From NCBI GenBank assembly GCA_963802635.1, contig CAWDJJ010000003.1, forward strand, positions 636,553-700,552: 64,000 nucleotides of DNA, written 5' to 3'. Each line of letters opens with the position of its first letter. Position 1 is the first letter of the stretch. This stretch comes from an uncultured Chloroflexia bacterium. Its GTDB lineage: Bacteria; Chloroflexota; Ktedonobacteria; Ktedonobacterales; Ktedonobacteraceae. The position numbers and the translations under genes are program-made. The notes beneath the pieces are model-generated. The model was not told the origin of the DNA and did not search any database. It saw only the letters and a list, made by a program, of their open reading frames with translations. Of this stretch, positions 9,812 to 18,607 are shown one piece after another.

Positions 9812-11209
9812 ATGACCAACGCCCACCAGAAATATCCGAATCGTTTAAGACGAACAATCAAGCAATCAGGCTTTACCATTGAGCAGATAGCAGAAGAAAC
9901 AGAAATCCCGCTACGGACGTTATTTGACTATTGCGCCGGGCGTGTGCCTATCCCTAGAAATCGCCTGGAGGTGCTCGCAAGTGCGCTGGGTTATCCAACC
10001 GAATATTTGGTACCGACCTATCCTGACCGTGATACTATCGAACAACCAATTCGTGATTTACTTGTGTGGGTAGATAGCGAAATATCAGTAGCTAGTAAGC
10101 AAGCGAAAGATATTACGGATCAACTGCGTCCTGTCTCCAGGAGTATAATTGCGGAGGAGCAAGAGCTAGGAGCTAATCTTGATATGGATACCTTACGTCG
10201 CCAGCTGCTTAAACAACTGTTAGAAGCTGGAGGTCTTGTTATCCTCTCGCCAGCAGAAATAGAGCGTGTTGATGCACAGCCAAGATATCCTATATCTATT
10301 TCAATCGAAGAGTTCTTATCTCACTGTGAAGCAAGCGTACAAACTTGTTGGCAACTCTACTATAATGGGGGAAGTTTGCCGGAACTTCATAAGAAAACGA
10401 CTACGTACATTACGCAACTAGACCCTCTGGTAAACACATCTGTGCATCAAGCAACTGCAGCTAGCCTGGCCTCACAAACCTACCAACTTGCATCTATGGT
10501 TTCCCTGGAAAATGAGGACTATAGCGCTGCACTATCACAAGCTAACCATGCAGTAGAATACGCGCAACTCACACACGATCCAAATATGGAAGTTGCTGCA
10601 TTGATGCGAAAAGTCACTGTCCTTTTTTACCATAAGCGTTACAGGCAGGCAAGTAGTGTACTTCAACTAACTCTCCAACACATTCATCATGTTAGTCCAC
10701 TTATGCAAGCTCGTATCTACTCTGAACTGGCAGCAGATACCGCCTCAAATGAACAGATGCAAGATATTGTCCGTCATATTAAGATGGGAGTTGACACTTG
10801 CCCACAAGATGCCGCAAAAGATCCTGCTTTTAACTATACACACACCTCTCCATATTTGATTCATTTTAATGAGGGAATAGCATATACAAATCTAAGCTTA
10901 TATAAAGATGCCTGGAGGGCGCTAGAACAAGCTGAAAAATACGTACTAAATGCGTCAAGTACGCGGCGCATGGAATTACTTACGTATCAAGTTTCAGTTG
11001 CTACAAATCTTGGTGATCTAGATTTAAGTAGTGAAAAAATGAAGGAAACCATCGTACTGGGTAAAGTTCTCAACTCAAATTTGTGGTTTAGTGATATTGA
11101 AACCATCTACGAAAAACTACAATGCAAGTGGAGAGGTGAACCAACAATAGAGGATTTAGGAGAGATGATAAAATATGAAGGATACTACAAAGATGCAGAT
11201 AAGAAATAA
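9812..11209 (+). CDS. XRE-family HTH transcriptional regulator with C-terminal TPR-like domain
   Basis: 'FTIEQIAEETEIPLRTLFDYCAG' HTH; long helical C-terminal region; RBS gaaggag upstream. Confidence 0.55.
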   Translation: MTNAHQKYPNRLRRTIKQSGFTIEQIAEETEIPLRTLFDYCAGRVPIPRNRLEVLASALGYPTEYLVPTYPDRDTIEQPIRDLLVWVDSEISVASKQAKDITDQLRPVSRSIIAEEQELGANLDMDTLRRQLLKQLLEAGGLVILSPAEIERVDAQPRYPISISIEEFLSHCEASVQTCWQLYYNGGSLPELHKKTTTYITQLDPLVNTSVHQATAASLASQTYQLASMVSLENEDYSAALSQANHAVEYAQLTHDPNMEVAALMRKVTVLFYHKRYRQASSVLQLTLQHIHHVSPLMQARIYSELAADTASNEQMQDIVRHIKMGVDTCPQDAAKDPAFNYTHTSPYLIHFNEGIAYTNLSLYKDAWRALEQAEKYVLNASSTRRMELLTYQVSVATNLGDLDLSSEKMKETIVLGKVLNSNLWFSDIETIYEKLQCKWRGEPTIEDLGEMIKYEGYYKDADKK

Positions 11210-11462
11210 GCAAAATAAGCAAAATAAGCAGAGCAATTGTTTTATAGTTGCTTCGAAGGATACCAGTTTTATAGTGTATAGGGTACTTGCAGATGACATC
11301 TCCACCCATAGGCCATTAAAAACAGAACAGGTAGAGACGCACATCTATGCAGAGAGGTGGTTAGCGTTGAATATATGCGAACAACTAGAAAAAGAGTTAC
11401 ACCGTCTCAATAAGTATGGGTTCACCGATTTGGAGATTGTCCTCCGACGGCATATAAAATAG
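11175..11462 (+). CDS. doubtful small ORF (NKQ-repeat N-terminus)
   Basis: 95 aa; overlaps the end of the regulator gene and reads through the 9-bp tandem repeat; no clear RBS. Confidence 0.2.
   Translation: MKDTTKMQIRNKQNKQNKQSNCFIVASKDTSFIVYRVLADDISTHRPLKTEQVETHIYAERWLALNICEQLEKELHRLNKYGFTDLEIVLRRHIK
11207..11236 (+). repeat. 9-bp tandem repeat (gcaaaataa)x3 creating three in-frame TAA stops
   Basis: aag aaa TAA gca aaa TAA gca aaa TAA gcagag. Confidence 0.7.
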
Positions 11463-11505
11463 CATAATGACAGCCAGCAGTTGTTAAGAGAGAAGGAGGT
11501 AAATC

Positions 11506-11829
11506 ATGGCAGAATTTATCGAGGTGCGTACAACGATAGATAGTAGAGAAGGTGCAAGAAAGATTGCTGATGCGGTCGTGGAAAGCCGCCTTGCGGCATG
11601 TGCTCAGATATCAGGGCCAATTACCAGCGTCTATTGGTGGAAAGGCCAAAGAGAAGTCGCGCAAGAATGGATATGTACAGTAAAGACAAGAGGTGATCTC
11701 TATGTCAATCTCGAAAAGGCCATTCGTGATGCACATTCTTATGAAGAACCTGAGATCATCGCTACTGCGGTTACTGCCGGAAGTCAAGGATACCTTGATT
11801 GGATTGCGAATGAAACGGTAAAAAAGTAG
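11506..11829 (+). CDS. cutA: divalent-cation tolerance protein CutA
   Basis: 107 aa; 'RLAACAQISGPITSVYWWKG...EEPEIIA' matches the CutA1 fold signature; RBS aggagg. Confidence 0.8.
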   Translation: MAEFIEVRTTIDSREGARKIADAVVESRLAACAQISGPITSVYWWKGQREVAQEWICTVKTRGDLYVNLEKAIRDAHSYEEPEIIATAVTAGSQGYLDWIANETVKK

Positions 11830-11856
11830 CAGATTACATACGAAGGAGTAGCTAAC

Positions 11857-11967
11857 ATGCAAAAGAAGAAAACATTCAGCACCATGGAGATCATCCTGGT
11901 CGGTGTCCTGGTCGGCTCACTTATCCTCTCGTTTTTGCAGACCCGGCGTGAGGAACAGGAGAAGTAA
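11857..11967 (+). CDS. small membrane peptide (36 aa), not in the ORF track
   Basis: MQKKKTFSTMEIILVGVLVGSLILSFLQTRREEQEK; RBS gaaggag 8 nt upstream; one TM helix; hairpin follows. Confidence 0.3.
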   Translation: MQKKKTFSTMEIILVGVLVGSLILSFLQTRREEQEK

Positions 11968-11977
11968 TTAAGTAAGA

Positions 11978-12004
11978 GAGCGTCACTTTGAGCCGGTGAC
12001 GCTC
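11978..12004. terminator. hairpin (gagcgtcac-N9-gtgacgctc) between convergent genes
   Basis: 9-bp stem; weak T-tract. Confidence 0.35.
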
Positions 12005-12056
12005 GCTCTGCAGATCTTATATTGCATCGAGCTGAAACCAAACACTATCGTAGCAT

Positions 12057-12401
12057 TTATTCTTCGCGCAGACTTTTTTTCAGCTCTTTGACGAAACCAA
12101 CAACGCCCTCAGTCCAGGTCATCCTGGGCTGGCGTTGCGCCTGTTCGCGCTGACGCAGGATCACATCCAACAAAATCGCACGCCTCAGTTCCTCCAGGCG
12201 TTGGATATCATAGGCCGTGCGCCGTGCGACATCGCTCAGCACGGTATAGGCTTCGTTCAATTGCTTAATGCGACTATCCTCTGCCTGTTTGTTCAGATCG
12301 GGATGATAGCGACGCGCCAGGCGACGATACGCCTGTTTGATCTGCTCAGGTGTTGCCCGCGAAGACACTTCGAGAATCGCATAGTAATCTGGTAGCGTCA
12401 T
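12057..12401 (-). CDS. J-domain (DnaJ-like) protein
   Basis: 'DYYAILEVSSRATPEQIKQAYRRLARRYHPDLN' with HPD motif; 114 aa; translationally coupled to dut. Confidence 0.7.
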   Translation of the reverse strand: MTLPDYYAILEVSSRATPEQIKQAYRRLARRYHPDLNKQAEDSRIKQLNEAYTVLSDVARRTAYDIQRLEELRRAILLDVILRQREQAQRQPRMTWTEGVVGFVKELKKSLREE

Positions 12402-12403
12402 AA

Positions 12404-12853
12404 TTATACACCTGTACTTCCGAAGCCCCCACGGCCCGCTCCCATCTGCTCCACCTCGTTCCAGACAACGCGTGCGATAGGGACAAATAGCCCTTGCGCA
12501 ATACGCTCACCACGTAGCACGGTGACTACTTCATCACGAAAATTATAGACAGATAACAACAACTCATCACCCTCGCCAGCGTAATCCTGGTCGATAACTC
12601 CGACCCCATTGGGCATCAATAGTCCCTTACGGCGCGCAGTACTACTACGCATCGTCAACAACAACATATAACCCACTGGCGTTTGTACAATCAGGTTAGC
12701 AGGAATCAGCCCGAGTTCGCGCGCAGCAATCTCAGTATCCTCGCGGCACAACAAGTCAAAACCAACCGACCCAGCAGTGGCATAGACAGGCAAGGGTAAG
12801 CTTGTATCAATTCGCTTGATATGTACGTTTAAAACTTGTACAAAAGTGTCCAT
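12404..12853 (-). CDS. dut: dUTP diphosphatase
   Basis: 'AGSVGFDL', 'GLLMPNGVGVIDQDYAGE' dUTPase motifs. Confidence 0.8.
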   Translation of the reverse strand: MDTFVQVLNVHIKRIDTSLPLPVYATAGSVGFDLLCREDTEIAARELGLIPANLIVQTPVGYMLLLTMRSSTARRKGLLMPNGVGVIDQDYAGEGDELLLSVYNFRDEVVTVLRGERIAQGLFVPIARVVWNEVEQMGAGRGGFGSTGV

Positions 12854-12898
12854 ATGCGTTATTCTAGAGAATAGAAAACGTCACGTCAAGGGATTTCG

Positions 12899-13050
12899 TA
12901 ATACCCATAGGCATTCAGAAACGCAACTTTCGTTCCTCTTGGACTGTCAGAAACGCCACTGCCGTGGCTAGCCTTCGGCTCATCTGACAGAGCGGAGGTT
13001 GCTAGAACTGTGCTGAGGCACATTTCTCATCTGAATGCAAGGCAATATAA
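12899..13050 (+). repeat. MITE-family full copy (~150 bp)
   Basis: tacccataggcattcagaaacgc...ctcatctgacagagcg...catttctcatctgaatgcaaggcaatata with internal palindromes. Confidence 0.7.
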
Positions 13051-13072
13051 GTTGGAGTGTGTTCTTTTGAGT

Positions 13073-13486
13073 ATGCGTAGTCGCTTCATCGCTACCTGCA
13101 CCTTACTTTTAATTGCCCTCGGTGGAACGGCACTAGCAGCAAATGCGACCGTAAGAGCAATACAAAGTTTTCACCAACAACAATCTCAGGCCCAGGCTGG
13201 CGATGTTCATCTGCTACAATCCTGGATGACCATCCCCTACATCGCTCACACATATCATATACCCGAGAGCGTATTGTACCAATCATTGCAACAAGACCCA
13301 CATACAGCACATCACAAAACCCTGGCGATGCTTGCCGCAAAAAGCAAGCTTCCGGTTAAAGTGATCATTCAAGATGTGCAAAACACGATTTTACAGTATC
13401 GCAAGCAACACCCATTCAAACCACAAAGCAGACCGCCACTGTCGCCTATGCCATCCCAAATGACAGCGAAAGGGAGAGAATATTGA
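13073..13486 (+). CDS. hypothetical secreted protein
   Basis: signal peptide 'MRSRFIATCTLLLIALGGTALAANA'; the track start at 13010 lies inside the MITE copy and is rejected. Confidence 0.45.
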   Translation: MRSRFIATCTLLLIALGGTALAANATVRAIQSFHQQQSQAQAGDVHLLQSWMTIPYIAHTYHIPESVLYQSLQQDPHTAHHKTLAMLAAKSKLPVKVIIQDVQNTILQYRKQHPFKPQSRPPLSPMPSQMTAKGREY

Positions 13487-14190
13487 GTATTATCTTACCT
13501 TATCTGGTCAATGGTCTACAAACATATGGCTACCCGGCGCTCTGGCTCAGTATTTTTATAGCTGCATTGGGAGCACCACTGCCAATAGGGCTGATGATGC
13601 TGGCAGCAGGCGCGTTCGCCGCACTTGGCGACTTTAATATCATTCTACTCGCCCTCATCTCCATCACAGCCTCTATATGCGGCGATAATGCAGGCTACTG
13701 GATCGGACGCCGCATAGGTAGCAAGGTCTTGCTCTGGTTAGCACAGAAGCCCCGCTTCGGCATTATCTCACCACAGGTCATTGCACGCTCACAAAGCTAC
13801 TTTCAGAAACGCGGCGCATGGGCCATACTGCTCAGTCGCTGTCTGGTGACTGCACTAGGAGGCAGCACAAATATCGTCGCAGGCGCAGAAGTCTATCCCT
13901 ATCACCGCTTCCTGATCTTTGATGCCATTGGAGAAACCATTGGCTCAATGATTCCACTCGTGCTCGGTTATATCTTTGGAGCAAGCCTGGAAGCTGTTGG
14001 TGATATGCTCACCACCATATCACTCCTGATTATTGCATTACTCTTGCTCATCTATTGTGCTTTCACGCTTGCAAAACTACTTCGACGTATGAAAGCAACA
14101 CAAAAAAGCACTGAAGCACGAGGTATGAAAAAAAATCGGCAGGTAAAATTAAAGATAAAGCAAAATGGGTGGGATTCTTTGCCACTTTGA
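13483..14190 (+). CDS. DedA/VTT-family membrane protein
   Basis: 'GDNAGYWIGRRIG' core motif of DedA (SNARE-associated) proteins; multi-TM. Confidence 0.7.
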   Translation: MSIILPYLVNGLQTYGYPALWLSIFIAALGAPLPIGLMMLAAGAFAALGDFNIILLALISITASICGDNAGYWIGRRIGSKVLLWLAQKPRFGIISPQVIARSQSYFQKRGAWAILLSRCLVTALGGSTNIVAGAEVYPYHRFLIFDAIGETIGSMIPLVLGYIFGASLEAVGDMLTTISLLIIALLLLIYCAFTLAKLLRRMKATQKSTEARGMKKNRQVKLKIKQNGWDSLPL

Positions 14191-14496
14191 AGGGGGGTCA
14201 AACGTATAAGAAAAAGACGGAAAACACCCTGGTTATAGGTTTCCCGACGAAATTCCGTCAAAAAAACGCCGTAGGTACTGGAATGAAAGGGGGACTTGCG
14301 TTATAATTAGAACAGGAATAATTTCCGGCCTGGCAATGTTTCTACTAGTAGAGACAAAAAGGCATGTCATTGATTTCCTCCCACTCGGCGCGCGGACATA
14401 TGGGTCCGTTGAAGGCTCGCTTTCCCTGAGTGTAGGACCAGACTGACATCTATATCTTGCTGCTTAGGATATACTACTTTTCATGGAGGGCGCACA

Positions 14497-15738
14497 ATGA
14501 TAGATACCAAGCGTGCCATGACGGGAACAACGCTTACATTACATAAATCAACAGAGCAAGTCAATTCTGAGAAGCCATTCGACATTGTCGAGCAACTCCT
14601 TTCCAAGGAGCTTGATTATACACCCGAGGATGACGTGGAAACAGACGAGGATAAGGGTGAGCCAGAGCTGGAGGAGGATCTCGGCACGCTAGAAACGGGA
14701 CCACTTGAGTTAGAGACAGGGCCGCTTGAGATGGAAGAGGCAGGCAATGTACACGAAGAAATAACTCCATTAGCTAGCGTAGCGGATCTGGAAGATGCCA
14801 TCGCGGCATTACCAACGATACCCAGCGGGGGAGAGCATCCTACACGTCGTCCTGCTGCTGTACGCCGTCGGCGTTCAGAAGACCAGGACGAGCACGCGGT
14901 CAATCCCGCAGATGTAGGTGAGTCTGATGCGGTAATGACGTATTTACGCGAAATTGGCCGCGTTCCGATGATTACACATGAGCGGGAAGTTGAACTGGCG
15001 AAGCGTATTGAAAATGGCGACCGCGACGCTATGAAACAGTTTATTCTGGCAAACCTGCGCCTCGTTGTGAGCATTGCGAAACGCTATGTCGGACGTGGCC
15101 TGACTTTACTGGACCTGATCCAGGAAGGCAATATCGGTTTGATCCGCGCGGTGCAACGCTACGACTGGCGGCGTGGGCATCGGTTCTCTACTCATGCTAC
15201 CTGGTGGATTCGCCAGGCCATTAGCCGCGCCGTGGCAGACAAGGGCCGCACGATCCGTCTACCTGTTTACGTCAATACGGCCTTGAACCGTATTCGCCGC
15301 GAACGTCAGCGTCTGTTGCAGGAACTTGGACGTGAGCCAACAGAAGTAGAATTGGCGGAGGCAACTGGCCTTGATCCGCTACGCATGATCGAGTTACAAT
15401 CAGCACCCGGCGCGCCTGTTTCTCTGGAGTTGCCCGTTGGCGAGGACGAAGAGCAGGAACTGGGCGATGTGCTGGCCGACACAGAATCAGCCTCACCCGA
15501 GGAGCTAGCAACGACCCAGACCCTCAAAGATGAAGTACAGAGCGTGCTGGAATCGGTGCTTACACCACGTGAGCAACTGGTTTTACAGTTGCGTTTTGGT
15601 TTGGGCAATGGTCAGGCACATCCGCTCGAACAGGTAGGACGTGAACTGGGTATTACGCGCGAGCGGGTCCGCCAGATTGAAGCCGGTGCCCTGGCAAAAC
15701 TACGTCAGCCACCCGTGCTTGATCGCTTACGTGGCTAA
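14497..15738 (+). CDS. sigA: RNA polymerase sigma-70 factor (principal-type)
   Basis: acidic region 1.1; region 2 'LIQEGNIGLIRAVQRYD...FSTHATWWIRQAI'; region 4 'LTPREQLVLQLRFGL...ELGITRERVRQIE'. Confidence 0.85.
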   Translation: MIDTKRAMTGTTLTLHKSTEQVNSEKPFDIVEQLLSKELDYTPEDDVETDEDKGEPELEEDLGTLETGPLELETGPLEMEEAGNVHEEITPLASVADLEDAIAALPTIPSGGEHPTRRPAAVRRRRSEDQDEHAVNPADVGESDAVMTYLREIGRVPMITHEREVELAKRIENGDRDAMKQFILANLRLVVSIAKRYVGRGLTLLDLIQEGNIGLIRAVQRYDWRRGHRFSTHATWWIRQAISRAVADKGRTIRLPVYVNTALNRIRRERQRLLQELGREPTEVELAEATGLDPLRMIELQSAPGAPVSLELPVGEDEEQELGDVLADTESASPEELATTQTLKDEVQSVLESVLTPREQLVLQLRFGLGNGQAHPLEQVGRELGITRERVRQIEAGALAKLRQPPVLDRLRG

Positions 15739-15763
15739 TTCAAACATGTAAACATAACCGATC

Positions 15764-15820
15764 AAAGTCCCCCAGGAGGGCGTACTCATCCTAAGCAAGT
15801 ACATCCTCCTGGGGGACTTT
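15764..15820. terminator. long bidirectional hairpin (16-bp perfect stem aaagtcccccaggagg/cctcctgggggacttt)
   Basis: between convergent sigA and rel; inner loop holds the gtact...agtacatcctcc sub-hairpin. Confidence 0.6.
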
Positions 15821-15830
15821 GTTTCCACAG

Positions 15831-18314
15831 CTATCTGGATCTTTTTTGCCTGCCTAGATCACGTTCGATATGCTGGACATCTTTGACTCTCTCAAGGCGC
15901 GTAAAGAGGCGCTGCAGTTGTTCCTGGTCGCTAATTTCCACTGTGACATTCACTACAATCGTCTCTTTATTGCCGCCGATATGGAAATTCACGGACATCA
16001 AGTTTGCCCCGGTATCAGAAACGACGGTCGCCAAGTCACGGATCAAGCCACTACGATCACGAGCCGTAATCACAATCGGCGCGTGGTATGTTTGCTGCTG
16101 CATGCCATGCCAGCTCACAGGAACCAGCCGTTCACTATCACGTTCGCGGAAGCGGGCCAGGTTGCGGCAATCAACACGATGCACAATGACCCCTTTCCCG
16201 CGACTGACAAAGCCCACAATCTCATCTCCCGGCAGAGGACAACAACAATTCGCCAGCTTCGTCAGCAAGCCGCTCACCCCGGCAACTTCCATTTGCCCAC
16301 TACTGACCTGCTTCGCACTGGTCGTAGGCAACGAGATTGGCTCCTCACTCTCCTTTGTATCCTTGCTCTCTTTGCCCTCACGGAGTTGCCAGTATTCAGC
16401 GAGCTTGACAATAGCCGCACGCGGACGCACATCATCAGCACCAATAGCCGCCAACAGGTCATCTAACGACTCCACATTTAGCTCTTTGCACAGCCAATCC
16501 GCAGCGTCCTCAGTCACACTATCCAGACTGCGCTGGCTCATCGCCTTCAACTCACGATCCAGCCGCTCACGCCCAATCTGGATATTGATAGGGCGTTCAT
16601 AGGTTTTGAGATAACGCCGAATCTTGTTGCGAGCTGCCGCCGTCCGCGCAAAATTTAACCAATCGCGCGTAGGATGCGCCGTACGGTTCGTCACAATATC
16701 GACGATGTCCCCGCTCTTCAATTCATAGTCCAGCGGCACCATACGCGTGACCAGGCGTTCCCCATCGTTATTGCCCACCTGCGTGATAATACGCGCGCCC
16801 GCACATCTATCACCAACCATCGTATGGATACGATAGGCAAAATCGAGCGGCGTCGAACCAACCGGCAGATCTTTCACCTCACCCTTAGGCGTAAAGACAA
16901 AAATCTGCTCCTGGAAGATATCCCCTTTGACGGCTTCAACAAACTCAGCGTCACTCGCATTGGCAGTGCGCAGATCATGCTGCCAATCAGCCAATTGGTG
17001 CAACCAAGTCAACAGTTCTTTGGCAGACGCCGAAGCATGATCACCAACGTCCTTGTAGTGCCAGTGCATGGCGACACCGTACTCGGCCATCTCATGCATC
17101 GCGTGCGTACGAATCTGGATCTCTACCAATTGATCATCCAGGCAGAAAACAGTCGTATGGAGCGCACTATATCCATTGGGCTTAGGATTGGCAATAAAAT
17201 CCTTGATACGCCCTTCTTTCGGCTTCCAGAGACTGTGTACATGTCCCAGCGCAATATAGCAATCAGTTGTGGTATCCACCAGAATACGGAAGGCAATCAG
17301 ATCGTGGATCTGGCTGATATCAGCCGCAGCTTTCAAATGCTCCAGGTCTTCAGTATCACCCATGTTGCGCGCCAGCTTGCGATAGAAACTATACGCGTGC
17401 TTCACACGTCCAGATATCTCCGCATTGACACCGACTGCAGCCATCTCTGTGCGCAACACACCACACACACGCTCAACGTAAGAACGCCAGTGCTCGCTCT
17501 CCATTTCGACGATATCGCTGACCCAGCTATATTTATCTGGCTCAAGCACCTGAAAAGCGAGATCCTGCAATTCACTCTCCACCTTCGACATACCCAGACG
17601 TCCAGCTAGCGGCGCATAAATCTCGCGCGTCTCCTCTGCCATCATCAGCATCTCTTGACGATCACCTTGATAGAAAGGCACACACACAAGGCGCATCGCA
17701 TGCAAACGATAAGCGAGCTTAAGCAAGACAACGCGTGGATCATCAGCCATCGCCATAAACATCTTACGCACTGTTTCTGCCTGCTGACGACGCATAGCTT
17801 CACGGATGCGTGGCTTCTTGCTTTCAACAGACTGAGGCATACCCGTACTCTCGCGCTCATCATATACTTTTTTGGAAGTTATAGCTGGCAGGCTCTGAAT
17901 AGCGAGCATAGCACCTGTCGCAACATTCTGCTTCTTGCGCTCCAGGATATTAAGACGTGCCATGCTCCCGACGACGCGCGCAGTAGGAGCACCTAGCACC
18001 TGTTCGACCCGCTCAAGCAAGAGGAGATCGGCATCGACGGCCTCGAAGACCAGGCCAGCAGAGATACCAATCGCATCAACATGCATGACCTGCGCAAGAA
18101 TAGTTGTGACCGCTAGCGCATGTTCCAACGGAGGAATTGGACGCGTTGCCATAGCAGGAACATCCTGACAGGTCTCTTGCGCAAGATTGAAGGCCAGCAA
18201 CACCCTATCAACGTCACCAGGAGTCATATAGGAACTCACAAGTGAGAGCAGGTGTGCCATAGCATCCGGGTAGGTATGGCCTACATAATGTTGTTCTACA
18301 GACCTATCTATCAT
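15831..18314 (-). CDS. relA: RelA/SpoT-homolog (p)ppGpp synthetase with degenerate hydrolase domain
   Basis: 827 aa; synthetase motifs 'RVKHAYSFYRK', 'NGYSALHTTV', 'EIQIRTHAMHEMAEYGVAMHWHYK'; TGS and ACT present; HD motif replaced ('LVFEAVDAD' instead of 'LLHDVVEDT', 'RLHAMR' instead of 'RLHNMR'). Confidence 0.85.
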   Translation of the reverse strand: MIDRSVEQHYVGHTYPDAMAHLLSLVSSYMTPGDVDRVLLAFNLAQETCQDVPAMATRPIPPLEHALAVTTILAQVMHVDAIGISAGLVFEAVDADLLLLERVEQVLGAPTARVVGSMARLNILERKKQNVATGAMLAIQSLPAITSKKVYDERESTGMPQSVESKKPRIREAMRRQQAETVRKMFMAMADDPRVVLLKLAYRLHAMRLVCVPFYQGDRQEMLMMAEETREIYAPLAGRLGMSKVESELQDLAFQVLEPDKYSWVSDIVEMESEHWRSYVERVCGVLRTEMAAVGVNAEISGRVKHAYSFYRKLARNMGDTEDLEHLKAAADISQIHDLIAFRILVDTTTDCYIALGHVHSLWKPKEGRIKDFIANPKPNGYSALHTTVFCLDDQLVEIQIRTHAMHEMAEYGVAMHWHYKDVGDHASASAKELLTWLHQLADWQHDLRTANASDAEFVEAVKGDIFQEQIFVFTPKGEVKDLPVGSTPLDFAYRIHTMVGDRCAGARIITQVGNNDGERLVTRMVPLDYELKSGDIVDIVTNRTAHPTRDWLNFARTAAARNKIRRYLKTYERPINIQIGRERLDRELKAMSQRSLDSVTEDAADWLCKELNVESLDDLLAAIGADDVRPRAAIVKLAEYWQLREGKESKDTKESEEPISLPTTSAKQVSSGQMEVAGVSGLLTKLANCCCPLPGDEIVGFVSRGKGVIVHRVDCRNLARFRERDSERLVPVSWHGMQQQTYHAPIVITARDRSGLIRDLATVVSDTGANLMSVNFHIGGNKETIVVNVTVEISDQEQLQRLFTRLERVKDVQHIERDLGRQKRSR

Positions 18315-18538
18315 AAATCATCTATAACTATCTGGCGATCCAGAGTACCTTGAACAAATAACAACTCCACTGACCAATATACACTATACGATATACGCCG
18401 CCTGCTAATTTACAAGAACATCTTTTAAAATATACGTATCATGCCACTACTAGTTAGATTGACGCAGGTCAACATACAGAACAAAAAAATAGGGTAACGC
18501 TAACGCACAACATTGCGGATATGCCTGGGATTGGGAGA

Positions 18539-18571
18539 GGATACCCGGGTCCTGATTTAATCAGGGTATCT
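18539..18571. repeat. nested palindrome ggataccc-gggt-cctgatttaatcagg-gtatc
   Basis: near-perfect 15-bp palindrome cctgatttaatcagg flanked by gataccc/gggtatc arms, about 37 bp downstream of the second rel gene. Confidence 0.5.
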
Positions 18572-18607
18572 ACAATAGATTGAGAGCACCCACAAGCAAA
18601 GCTAGCC

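Noticed and set aside
13010-13072. Track start MLRHISHLNAR for the 13010-13486 ORF (likewise ORFs 21443-21718, 34169-34459, 5067-5264)
   Set aside because: These lie inside MITE copies. The real start with a signal peptide is at 13073. The others are purely repeat-derived.
14271-14307. TATAAT at 14302-14307 upstream of sigA as a promoter
   Set aside because: No acceptable -35 or TGn element at correct spacing. Left uncalled.
15870-17996. Several 60-310-aa ORFs antisense or out of frame inside the rel genes (and similar ones inside polX, GT4 and others)
   Set aside because: Embedded in strongly supported long genes. Low-complexity translations.
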